NCBI GenBank assembly: GCA_040954595.2
Contig: CM082585.2
Coordinates: 3,130,902 to 3,194,901, forward strand
Source: Balanoglossus misakiensis
Lineage: Eukaryota > Animalia > Hemichordata
Direction of reading: 5' to 3'
DNA: 64,000 nucleotides
The position numbers and the translations under genes were made by a program. Below the pieces are notes generated by a model that did not search any database, was not told the origin of the DNA, and saw nothing but the letters and a program-made list of their open reading frames with translations. How positions within the stretch are numbered: the stretch's first letter is position 1; each line of letters opens with the position of its first letter. Below, in pieces: positions 1 through 10,690 of the stretch.

Positions 1-624
1 GTCGTCTTTATATATCTACCTGCAAATCTAGATGACATAGACACCATGGTGGACCGAAGCAACATGTTTCTGCACCAATACACAGTCTAAATGCTTGTCT
101 GGAGGCAAGCACTGAATTCCAAAGAAACTTGCAACCACTAAAGCACTGTGAAAAGACTACACTCGTTCCCTGCCGAAAGAGGGCGATGCGCTTTAGGCCG
201 TTGTACACAAGGGAGAAGTATCCACCACCATTTTGTCCAGTCATTACCGTAGGATTCAAACCTACACGCACCTTTTTGCTAAAGGCGTGTGTAGGTTTCA
301 AACCTACATACACCTTGTGGCCGATATCGACAAGCGTGTGTAGGTTTCAAACTTACACGCACCTATTTGCAAAACTTTACGGGTGTTTAACGAAGTTGGG
401 ACATGCGCAGTGAAGTGAGCAGTCCATGGCACTTTCACAATAACGTAAAATGACTGGACACAATGGCGATAGATATATTTGTCTCTTTGGGGGAAGGAAT
501 GAGTCTTCGGGGAGACGAGGATACAGACAACGTCTCGAATCACTAACAATGCCTCTCGAAAAGAAAGGAAGCAATAAAAAGGCATTAAGCATTAACTATG
601 TTTTATCTTTGAATTACACCTTAC

Positions 625-721
625 CATCAGAGGAAATGATGTTCACAGTACACCCGCCAGCAGCCATTATGGGGATTAAGTCAGAGCATGAGTTTGCTGT
701 CATAATATGGCTTCCTATGCC
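625..721 (-). CDS. XDH/AOX-family exon 11 (GIGSHIMTANSCSDLIPIMAAGGCTVNIISSD); gene presumably continues leftward
   Basis: Aligns to the family xGGNIxTAS.xSDLxP motif; tttttacag and gtaagg boundaries. Confidence 0.88.
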
Positions 722-785
722 CTGTAAAAATAAAATGGTCAAATGAATTGATGCCTTAAATGTCCATAAAACAGCGTTCTATTTA

Positions 786-1319
786 AGCAATAACCCCCGC
801 CTAAGGCGGGTGTACACAATATTGGAGTACAATTCGAGACATATAGCACGAGCCGTAAGGGTCATGCTATATGGAGCGAATTGTACCCAAATCACTTGTA
901 TATCCGACAGAGGCGGGGGTTACTGCTATTAAATTATATCAACCCTTAATTTTGTGGCATATCAGTGTCATTTTCTTAACGAAACAGCGTCAGAAGAAGA
1001 AAATACGATAGTTAACGTACCTCGTGACGGGGAAAGTAACCACGAGAGGCCCGGGATCGAGCATTAAACATGAATTAGACGACAAAAAGTGACTAGACAG
1101 GCATCGCGCATAGCAAAATACCAAATAATAAAATTTCCGTAAATTCAACAATATTCTAATTTTATTTATTTAGCTTAACTCCATGCGACTATGCTTTAAC
1201 CGCACATTTTCCCTGATGCATGCTAGTTCAGTGGCCCGTTTTACCACTGTCAGCAGTGGTAAACCAGTATTTTACAATCGTTCAATAAGACGAATGGCGG
1301 ACGATAGCATGGTTTATAA
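786..1319. mobile_element. Long-hairpin non-autonomous element (hairpin 786-927 plus body)
   Basis: agcaataacccccgcct...aggcgggggttactgct inverted arms; ends in atggtttataa. Confidence 0.55.
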
Positions 1320-1471
1320 CTTCTCTTTTATACTGTTTCTATTAACTGAGCTTACTCTCTTCCTTTGTACATTACGAATAATACGACTTGTTTTCGCTTG
1401 ACAATCGTTACACCAATGTAGCGTGAAACTCTGAGTGGCAAGAAAGTTTTATTTTCTATATTCATACATAC

Positions 1472-1545
1472 CGATCTGTTAAGTGCTTGCTGTCCGAAGT
1501 CTGCTGATGTTTCAAGTATAGCCTTCATTATATGCAGTGTGAAAC
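1472..1545 (-). CDS. XDH/AOX-family exon 10, divergent (FTLHIMKAILETSADFGQQALNRS)
   Basis: tacag and gtatgt boundaries, open frame, phase 1/0 bridging exons 9 and 11 at the expected length; weak sequence similarity. Confidence 0.75.
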
Positions 1546-1842
1546 CTGTAACAATGATATTATTTATCGCAAATTAGAACTTGACATGGCAATCGCTTAT
1601 GGCTAGGTTTCATATCATTCTGGTAATGTTTCTATGAATTCATCAAAGAACGAGAAATCTTAATGAACGTTACAAAAGTTTTAGGCTGCATGCCTAAAGG
1701 ACACCGCGTTACCGAAGCGTTCGACTGTTTTCGAATAAAAAAAACCTTAACAGCAATCGAAATAAGAAGCCTCTCGCTGTGTTCAAAGAAGAACATAGAA
1801 TTCCTGGCCACTACAGTCAATTGATTTATAGTATTATCATAC

Positions 1843-2010
1843 CTCCACGATCAGACAGTTTGTTTTCCAGGGCATCATAAATGCTGGCCAAGGTTACAGA
1901 CGAACCAAACGTGATGCCTTTCTCGGTCACATCGATACTGTTGAACTCTGGTATGTTTGTTACCGAGATCATGATTAAATCCATTGATCTAGTTAACGTT
2001 ATTTCAAGAC
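1843..2010 (-). CDS. XDH/AOX-family exon 9 (…IPEFNSIDVTEKGITFGSSVTLASI…)
   Basis: IPEx..I....GITFGxxVTL motif; AG/GT boundaries; 168 nt. Confidence 0.9.
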
Positions 2011-2018
2011 CTAATGAG

Positions 2019-2143
<125 letters not shown>

Positions 2144-2431
2144 GTATGAATGACATCAAAAAAATAATTGAAGAATTATATGTCTTTCATGATCGGAATA
2201 GTCATAACAGAAAGGATTATTAATAATAATAAGAGTTGTTATTGTTGTTGTTGTTGTTGTCGTTTTATTTTACGTAGTTTTGTCATCCTCGTCTTGTCGC
2301 TGCTACTGTTAATGAAGTTGTACATATCTTAAATTTCTCTTCTAATAGTCGATTATGGGAAAATTTTGCGCTATCAGACTTTTATGGTAGGCACTAATGG
2401 CAAAACAACAATAATCTTGGGTCTTACGGAC

Positions 2432-2573
2432 CTATTTCAAGGTACCCGGCTACAAGTCTGGAGTTTGGGTAAGCGCTCTTCATCTGCAACAACTCATCGA
2501 GGCTCGTCGGTCTCATCCAAATCATGCCGTCCTTAGCAAATGTGGCACTCTTTAAATGGAGGTCTTCATTCAA
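2432..2573 (-). CDS. XDH/AOX-family exon 8, start of FAD domain (…WMRPTSLDELLQMKSAYPNSRLVAGYLEIG)
   Basis: WxRPxxLxELL..K..YP...LVxG motif; 142 nt; phase fits the next exon. Confidence 0.9.
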
Positions 2574-2979
2574 CTAAATATAGTTGGACAGGTGTAATTG
2601 ACAAAGAAAAGAAATTCGATTCCCATAACATACTGTTTAAATAAAGGTGGAAATTTCATTTACCTACTACCCGTTCCCCCACAGCGCCTGTGTTACATAT
2701 ATGGAGAATTGTTGATGTAGCGATTTTCATGACATCGGATAATGAACTCTCAGTTTCCTTTGTTGTTTTCAAAAGACTACTCACACATTTTCTAATAGCA
2801 AAGAATTGTAAAGTTTACAGGGTTATCATACTTCTAAAAGATGTTCACGAGGCGCATACCGTCTTAGCTCTTTGGCCTCCATGTTTCGGTCCAAATTCAT
2901 TTTTCTACGTTAATGTTTCACCTTTATAGAGCGAACAGGGGGTGAAAGGGTTAAATAAATATTAAACAATTGAATGTAC

Positions 2980-3060
2980 CTTGAGTTCAGGAGGAAATAT
3001 CAGTTCTTGTGAAGGATCACGCGGGGCAAAATCGGCCTTGTTGTACAATTCACTACCACA
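2980..3060 (-). CDS. XDH/AOX-family exon 7 (CGSELYNKADFAPRDPSQELIFPPELK)
   Basis: DPSQELIFPPEL motif; AG/GT boundaries; 81 nt. Confidence 0.95.
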
Positions 3061-3666
3061 CTGAAATAGCAAATACGACAACTATGAACAACTTTAGAAA
3101 ACATTGATAAAGGGTCATTATACATTTACACATGCATTAGATGATTTTTTTTCGCTTATCGCGAGATCTTACGTCACTCTGTCACTTACCGTAGCAACGG
3201 TATTCTATTCAAGTAATATTATACAGTATTTTTGAGAACTCGCTGAAATCATCACACAGCGTTGACTCAGTGATAGACTCAGTGATCATCGGGCGACATA
3301 CGGGGTATAGGACTCTAGTGGAGAGGGGTGTTGTAAAATTCGGTTATTAGAAGCTGTAATAACGTTTTCAAAGCTGGCGGTTTTGCCATGTTGAATGTGT
3401 CATTTTTACTTCTTCGGAATTCTCAATGCAAAATAATTGTTTATAGCATGATATTTTGAAAGAGAACGTAGACAATTTTATTTAGAATGCGGATGTGCCC
3501 ATCGTAATGAAAGCTGCCCAACCCCTTAAAATGATACTACGGCCCACACGTCATACCATGGCTACTGCCGTGATCCCAGGGCGCCCGGTTCAAATTTCTG
3601 GCCGTGAAATTGTTTTTCTCGGCGCATTTTCGCAAATCGTACTGTTTTATGGGTAGGCATGTAGGA

Positions 3667-3809
3667 AGGGGTTATTACACGAATTCTGTTAGATAACGCG
3701 ACGCATACTCGTGATGTCCGTATTTTGACTCGTTGCTTCGCAACTTGTCAAAATACGGACATCACTCAAATATGACGCGTAATCGACAAAAATTCGTGTA
3801 ATAACCCCT
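3667..3809. repeat. ~143-bp palindromic hairpin element
   Basis: aggggttattacacgaatt...aattcgtgtaataacccct with a central gttgcttcgcaac. Confidence 0.85.
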
Positions 3810-4116
3810 AATTAATGTCGGGTTAGCAAAAAAATAGTTTGTATGTTTCGTATTTGCTTTTTTATGAGCATTCGAAAAAACATGGCGGTTCCTATGATAC
3901 ATGGGGTACACTTCCGATTGTTAGCATCTTATATTATGAATCTGCGCGTGCGTAGACAGTAAGCCGCTAGCGCGACTATAACGAGTATCATATGTAAATG
4001 TCCTCTCAAATACACTGCCTAGCCACGCGGGATATTGGTATATTGTCGAAACCCTCTTGAGAAAGAAGATGATGGATTGAAGAAATATTGCGAACAGAAA
4101 ATTTTAATATACTTAC

Positions 4117-4200
4117 GTCACCACTTGAATCTGTTGCTGTGTTGTCACGATTGTGATTGTCAAAATCTGGACATTCTGAAAGGTTTCCACAACAAACACC
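4117..4200 (-). CDS. XDH/AOX-family exon 6, linker (GVCCGNLSECPDFDNHNRDNTATDSSGD)
   Basis: ttgcag and gtaagt boundaries, 84 nt, CC-containing linker typical of the family. Confidence 0.8.
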
Positions 4201-4364
4201 CTGCAATTATAAATCGAATGTTATGCTGTAAATTCATACCCTTTTTAGCATAGGTAAGGTACAGGGAAGTTACAACGGCTTCTGAGTTTATTTCCATTTA
4301 AAAAGCAATATAAACTTTTTCTCATTGAAATGGTATTAATAATTTATTTATGTATTTTTCTAAC

Positions 4365-4553
4365 CTTCGCAAATGTTTGAAATCCTTCAACTATTGCTCG
4401 ATATCCTGTGCATCTACATAAATTGCCTTTTAGGGCTTCCTCGATCTCACACTTTGATGGATTTGGGTTGTTGCGTAACAAAGTGTACATCGACATTACC
4501 ATTCCCGGGGAACAATATCCACATTGCGACCCGTGTGACTTCGCTAGGCGTTC
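4365..4553 (-). CDS. XDH/AOX-family exon 5 ([23 protein letters not shown]...[21 protein letters not shown])
   Basis: Second [2Fe-2S] ligand set QCGxC and NLCRCTGYR; 189 nt, phase 0/0. Confidence 0.97.
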
Positions 4554-5874
4554 CTGATTGGTAAAGTATGAACAAAACCTTTATGTCTACAATATCGACA
4601 GGAAAAGCAGTGGATTTTATAGACGAGACTCGAACCGTGACAAGCGAGGTTTATAGGAACACAAGAACTAAAAAAAAGATATATGGTCTATGTTTTGTTG
4701 GCATAGATACTTCCAAAAGACACGTTTCTTTGATGACATCACAAAATGCAATATTCAATTCAAGAATTGTTGTTGGCGCAGGGCTAACAATGAAAACATT
4801 TTGAGCTCCGCAGATGGAATGTTATGACCATCGGATTTTGGATAACGTGTGTATACACACGTGAGCTAATGTTGCCGCCTTTTCTGTCTGTGTGTGCCTG
4901 TGTCTGTCTGTTCTGATTAGTGCTATATTTCTGCAAATAATGCATTAAGTGTGATGAAACTTGCTTTAGTTATTGATCTGACGCAGATCTGACTAGGTCA
5001 TGAGACAGTAAGCAGTATCATGTAAAATAATCGCTAATTTGCATATTTAACGAACGAGTTTAATTATCATTAAAAATCAAGAGATACAGAGCCAAATTTG
5101 ATGAAACTCGCCAGATGTATTGTTTTCACACTTACTCGTGCATATAAAAACTTTATACACAGACACAGCATACGGTGCACAGTCATCAACAATCAATAAA
5201 CTGCAAAAGTGTTTGGTTAATATTTTCTCTAATTAGTGATATACTACTAAATTGAATGCATGTACTTTAAGAAAAAAAAGTACAGATATTTATCTGGCGG
5301 AGATATGAATGTACTGGGAGACATTTACCAATGTCATATTAATTAGTTATTAATAATTCAAATATTTAACAAATTAGTGCTATTGTTTGGAGATCTGTAG
5401 CATTGAAAGAAAGTAGAATTTGGTGAAAATTTATTGCTTAACTTCGCAAATTTCAAGTCTTTATCAAACAATAAACATATTCACTTCATATCTGGTTAAT
5501 CAATTAAATCGATAAGAATCAAGTCTAACAATAACATGTGTTGATATCAGTGAAGAAATTGGGTTATTGTTTAGCGTGATATATTCTAAATTTAGCATTA
5601 TCACAATATCATACATTGCGATCTAGATGACAAGATACTTTTCATTTTCCCCTTGAATGGGAAAGCATACAGATTGTTTGTGTTTACTGTGTTGATCGAA
5701 GAAGCCGATTATCGATATCTTCATTCTGTGCAGCGCAATCCAATTTCATTGTATAAACAACATGGTGCTAGTATTTTATTGTATTAGTTGCTGCGCGAAA
5801 CCAAATCCGTGAACATGTGCGTTAAACAGGGAAAGGATGGTTGCATACACTTGGAATTTATGTATTATATGTAC

Positions 5875-5980
5875 CTGTACAGGATGTAATTTCTTGCTGT
5901 TTCCAACACCCTCAACGGTTGTTACCGCCATACCATGCAGAGAACAGAGTGGCGTCATGCATGCATATACACAGCGATGA
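5875..5980 (-). CDS. XDH/AOX-family exon 4 ([35 protein letters not shown])
   Basis: ACxxPLCSLHGxAVTTVEG...LHPVQ motif; AG/GT boundaries. Confidence 0.95.
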
Positions 5981-6292
5981 CTGCGATTTGAGACAACATG
6001 GTAAGGACTTTTGATAACATGAAAAGTCGGTCGAATCATCATTATAACTAGAATTTGAAATTGTTCGCTGCTACGATTTCATCTAAACAATGCCGTCACA
6101 TTCTCAAAACTTAACAAACTAAAGCCATAGACTTCTTCCACGTAGTTTTATGTCATTTAACATGAATTTCCTCCTTTAAACCATAAAATCAACATCGCAC
6201 GGAGGAATCTTTGATGGGATATTTTATCGGAGGTAAACGTTGCATTTACATAGTTGATGATTGATGTATGTGTTTGCTCTTGCAAAGGATAC
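5981..6292 (-). other. U12-type (minor spliceosome) GT-AG intron 3 of the XDH/AOX gene
   Basis: 5' splice site GTATCCTTTG; branch-like TCCTTACC at 6007-6000, about 20 nt upstream of the CAG; no strong polypyrimidine tract. Confidence 0.85.
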
Positions 6293-6389
6293 GATGTATT
6301 TTTTGTGTACGGGTCGTAGCTTGACACCATTACGGTACAGGCACCACATCCTCCTTCGCCACAGCCTTGTTTCGAACCTGTTAACTGCA
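6293..6389 (-). CDS. XDH/AOX-family exon 3, [2Fe-2S] motif ([22 protein letters not shown])
   Basis: Diagnostic [13 protein letters not shown] motif; 97 nt; ends at a GTATCCTT donor. Confidence 0.97.
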
Positions 6390-6572
6390 CTGGATAACAT
6401 ATTTTCATTTATTAGTATTTTATTGCGTGTTAATGTTCACATCTAGTTAAAATATACCAAATGTAAGCCTGGTTTCAGCCACGGACTCTCTAGCGAATGG
6501 CTTCTTAAGAGCCTTTAACATTGACAGTTACTAATTTACATAACTCAGTTGAATTTCAATTTACAAACTTAC

Positions 6573-6630
6573 GTGTGTGCCGCAGGTATCCTAAGAGTCT
6601 TGCAGCTGGGTGCGGCGAGCGCTCAATAAT
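6573..6630 (-). CDS. XDH/AOX-family exon 2 (IIERSPHPAARLLGYLRHT)
   Basis: cag acceptor and gtaagt donor, 58 nt, LLxYLR motif, phase compatible with both neighbours. Confidence 0.9.
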
Positions 6631-6814
6631 CTGTGAGGAAATCAGTGGATGTGAAATCTAGAACTATTTCTGAAAATAAGTTCCCGGGACGGCCGTTTTC
6701 TCACACTCCTGGCACGCTGGGAGTGTGGGATAAGTGTGTGAGAACAAATCGATCCCACACTCTCACTGAATAGAAAGCTGTATATGAAGCGAGCGCCGAT
6801 TGGTTGACAAAGTG

Positions 6815-8921
6815 GGGTGAGACTAAAACGAAGGAAACCGAAGGAAAGCGAAGGAAATCGAAGGACACTGATTTATCCATATTTTAGTGCGAAGGAAAAG
6901 GTTTTCTCTATGCTGGTGGCCGAAGGACAGGTTTAGCTTCGAATTAAAGGCCGAAGGAAAGCGAAGGACGCTGATTTATCCATATTATAGTGCGAAGGAA
7001 AAGGTTTTCTGTATGCTACAGGCCGAAGGATGGGTTTAGTTCGGTAATTAATTATGCTGGTGGCCGAAGGACAGGTTTAGTTCGGTAATTAAGGCCGAAG
7101 GAAAGCGAAGGACACTGCTTTATCAGTTTTTAAGGGCGAAGGAAACCGAAGGACGCTGATATCTCCATATTTTAGTGGGAAAGACGTGGTTTTCTGAATG
7201 CTGGAGGCCGAAGGACTGGTTGAGCTTCGTATAAAAGGCCGAAGGACAGGTTTAGTTCGGTAATTAAGGCCGAAGGAAAGCGAAGGACACTGCTTTATCA
7301 GTTTTTAAGGGCGAAGGAAACCGAAGGACGCTGATATCTCTATATTTTAGTGGGAAAGACGTGGTTTTCTCTATGCTGGTGGCCGAAGGACAGGTTTAGC
7401 TTCATTATTAAGGCCGAAGGAAAGCGAAGGACACTGATTTATCCATATTTAGGGCGAAGGAAAGCGAAGGACAGTAATATCTCCATATTTAAGGCCGAAG
7501 GAAAGCGAAGGACACTGATTTATCCATATTTTAGGGCGAAGGAAAGCGAAGGACACTGATTTATCCATATTTTAGGGCGAAGGAAAGCGAAGGACACTGA
7601 TTTATCCATATTTTAGGGCGAAGGAAAGCGAAGGACAGTAATATCTCCATATTTTAGGGAGAAGGACATCAGTTTCCATCTCTCAGTATCTCGAAACTAG
7701 GATATCAATAGTGTGATCTTGTGTTGAGATCGTTTTTTGGTTAGTTGTTTTTCATTTCCAGTTCATGGAACGTAATGTCGGCTATTTCTGGTGAAGCATT
7801 TGAGCCCATGGTCAACTGCATGCTTGCTTGTAGAATTTGTTGTGTAATTCAAAAGTATTGTTACATATAGAATTAGTGATAGCATTTCCATGTGGTATGT
7901 TTGTTTAGATTTGTTTCGTGTAGACAGGACACTCTACTTAAGATCTCGACATTGATATCGCAAAGACCACATTCTGACCAGCACTGCCGAATCCCTGAAG
8001 AAGATCCTTATTAGTGAAGGATCGAAACGTTGGTAGAGCAAGTTTTAGCAATAAAACTTTTAATGAAACCCGACGCTTGTTTCTTTATCGAACTCACATT
8101 GATATCAGTAACTCTGGTCGGACGAGTACTACCTGACGCCAAGTCTCTGATAATCGTGAGCTAATCGTGTCCTTCGCCCTTAAATATGGAGATATCACTG
8201 TCCTTCGCTTTCCTTCGACCTTAATTACGAAGCTAAACTCATCCTTCGGCTATTTATACGAAGCTAAACCTGTCCTTCGGCCTCCAGCATACAGAAAACC
8301 TCGCCCTTCGCCCTAAAATATGGAGATATCAGCGTCCTTCGCTTTCCTTCGGCCAAAATTTGGGAGCTACACCCGTCCTTCGGCTTTAATTACCGAGCTA
8401 AACCAGTCCTTCGGCCTCCAGCATACAGAAAACCACGTCTTTCCCACTAAACTATGGAGATATCAGCGTCCTTCGCTTTCCTTCGGCCAAAATTTGGGAG
8501 CTACACCCGTCCTTCGGCTTTAATTACCGAGGTAAACCAGTCCTTCGGCCTCCAGCATACAGAAAACCACGTCTTTCCCACTAAACTATGGAGATATCAG
8601 CGTCCTTCGCTTTCCTTCGGCCTAAATTTGGGAGCTACACCCGTCCTTCGGCTTTAATTACCGAGCTAAACCAGTCCTTCGGCCTCCAGCATACAGAAAA
8701 CCACGTCTTTCCCACTAAACTATGGAGATATCAGCGTCCTTCGGTTTCCTTCGGCCAAAATTAGGGAGCTACACCCGTCCTTCGGCTTTAATTACCGAGC
8801 TAAACCTGTCCTTCGGCCACCAGCATAGAGAAAACCTTTTCCTTCGCACTAAAATATGGATAAATCAGTGTCCTTCGGTTTCCTTCGCTTTCCTTCGGTT
8901 TCCTTCGTTTTAGTCTCACCC
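6815..8921. mobile_element. Foldback/MULE-like non-autonomous DNA transposon in XDH intron 1
   Basis: Termini gggtgagactaaaacgaagg / ccttcgttttagtctcaccc; 9-bp TSD gacaaagtg at 6806-6814 and 8922-8930; arms of about 750-850 bp built from CGAAGG-containing subrepeats. Confidence 0.92.
7995..8035 (+). ncRNA. Hammerhead ribozyme-like motif (Penelope pLTR type)
   Basis: CTGAAGA-a-GATCCTT(attagtg)AAGGATC-GAAAC-GTT, followed by AATAAA at 8050. Confidence 0.5.
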
Positions 8922-9079
8922 GACAAAGTGTTCTTTTGCCAACGCGCACTATAAATGTTACCCAATACAATGGTGCGATGTGTATTATAGGAACAGAGAC
9001 TACAATGTGCCAGACGACAGTTCCAGAGTCATTTATTCAATGTTTTTAACGAATTTGGCTTATTTGTGTCCATGTGAGA

Positions 9080-9232
9080 AATATAATCTCACGCACCGAG
9101 GACCTGGGATCGTATTTCTCACACCCGTCGGGGATATTCTGTCCCACACTCGTCCGCGGCTCGTGTGGGACGGAAAATCCCAACTCGTGTGAGAAATATG
9201 ATCCCAGGTCCTTGGGAGTGCGAGATTATATT
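9080..9232. repeat. Palindromic hairpin element
   Basis: aatataatctc.cgcac.gaggacctgggatc...gatcccaggtccttgg.gtgcgagattatatt inverted arms. Confidence 0.8.
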
Positions 9233-9408
9233 AATTCCATCGCCAAACTGGGCGCTAGACAAACATGGGATGGAGCTGTCCACGATACAGTACTATCTAA
9301 TCAGGAATGACAAAATGAGTTTCTATTTAACGGGATTTGAACTGGAAATTTTTCTGTTTCTAGCGACATAATGCTAACTCAAAGAATTTACAGAAGTAAA
9401 ACACATAC

Positions 9409-9462
9409 CTTCTTTCCATTGACGTAAAATATCAACTTCTGCGAGTCAAAAACAGACGCCAT
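9409..9462 (-). CDS. XDH/AOX-family molybdo-flavoenzyme, coding exon 1 (MASVFDSQKLIFYVNGKK)
   Basis: ATG at 9462; LIFYVNGKK matches the XDH/AOX N-terminal LxFxVNG motif; AAG|GTATGT donor. Confidence 0.9.
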
Positions 9463-9969
9463 TGCATCTGCTTTGTCTAGTTATACTTGGGATGTTCAAC
9501 TGAATTCTACACGTCAGATTAATGGGTACCAGGTGTAATACTATAAAAGACCTTTGACGTCACTTCCACCCTGAAAGAACAAAGAATCGTGTCAAGAAAA
9601 TAAAATGTCGTGGTATTACATGTATATTATTTATATAAACTGTTTATCACCTACGTTGTTGCACGGAGACCAGAGAGTTGAAACATTGTGACGACAAAGA
9701 AATTGGCAGAATTAGCTACAAATGCCTGCCACCCTTTTGTAAATTTCAAACTCTAGGGTCGTCACCACTCCATTGCCCCCTATACTTTGAAAGACATTTC
9801 AGCAGGCATTCGCCAAGAATGTATTACTTAAAAGAAGAACAGTTTTACAAACAATTCCCCCGTAAAGGTATTCTTGTAATAAAATTCTTGTATAAGAAGA
9901 GACAAAAGCCCGCCGACACATTACAATAGCCCCTTGTGATTGCATTCAATTACTGTAAAGGGCGAATAA

Positions 9970-10360
9970 TATAGAAATAATGGACGACGCCCTGACCATA
10001 AACGTTTGTTTATGGGCAAGGGCGAGGGGAAAGTCAAAAATTTATGGGCGAGGCTTCCGAGCCCATGAATTTTGGCTTTCCTCTAGCCCGCGCCCATAAA
10101 CAAACGTCTATGGTCAGGGCGGAGTCGGTTATTTAATTTATATTACCAACAAACTCAAGAAAACCGTCAAAATTTACGAAAATGTCCTACTGGGGGCCCC
10201 GGAACTTGTGTTACGCAAAATGTTGTATTCACTGAACTGTTTGCTATTATTGCTATTCAGATTTACGGGCATGAAAACAAACCATTACTGAATATTTGTG
10301 GTCAGTGACGTCGTTCATCTCGACCAATCAAAATGCGATGCACAGGCCATGGTAATATAA
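9970..10360. mobile_element. Long-hairpin non-autonomous element
   Basis: Hairpin ~9976-10135 (gccctgaccataaacgtttgtttatgggc / gcccataaacaaacgtctatggtcagggc), then a body flanked by tatattacca / tggtaatata. Confidence 0.75.
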
Positions 10361-10690
10361 TAGGCCTTTTGAAATGTACTACGACTAAAATATTGGCATT
10401 TAGGTCAAATGGTCTCTAAGCCCGGGTAACCTCAAAGATTGCGACAATGTCAACGACAGCCATCTTCTATCTGAGTTATGTATGGGTGTCTCAAAACACA
10501 TTGTGCGACAAGAAAGTGCTAGTCGCACTTTGAGGGAAATGCTATCTGCGACCACTAGCACTTTGATTCTGCGACCACTAGCACTTTGATTCTGCGACCA
10601 CTAGCACTTGCATTCTGCGACCACTAGCACTTTGATTCTGCGACCACTAGCACTTGCATTCTGCTACAAGATTTTTTATTGGTTGTGTAA

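Noticed and set aside
304-585. ORF (…VIRDVVC…IVKVPWT…) as XDH/AOX exon 12
   Set aside because: An acceptor near 543 is phase-compatible and VKVPWT faintly resembles the expected motif, but the rest does not align and no clear donor was found; left uncalled.
7350-8913. Repeated short ORFs (MEISASFAFLRPK...)
   Set aside because: They arise from subrepeats of the foldback arms and show no coding signature.
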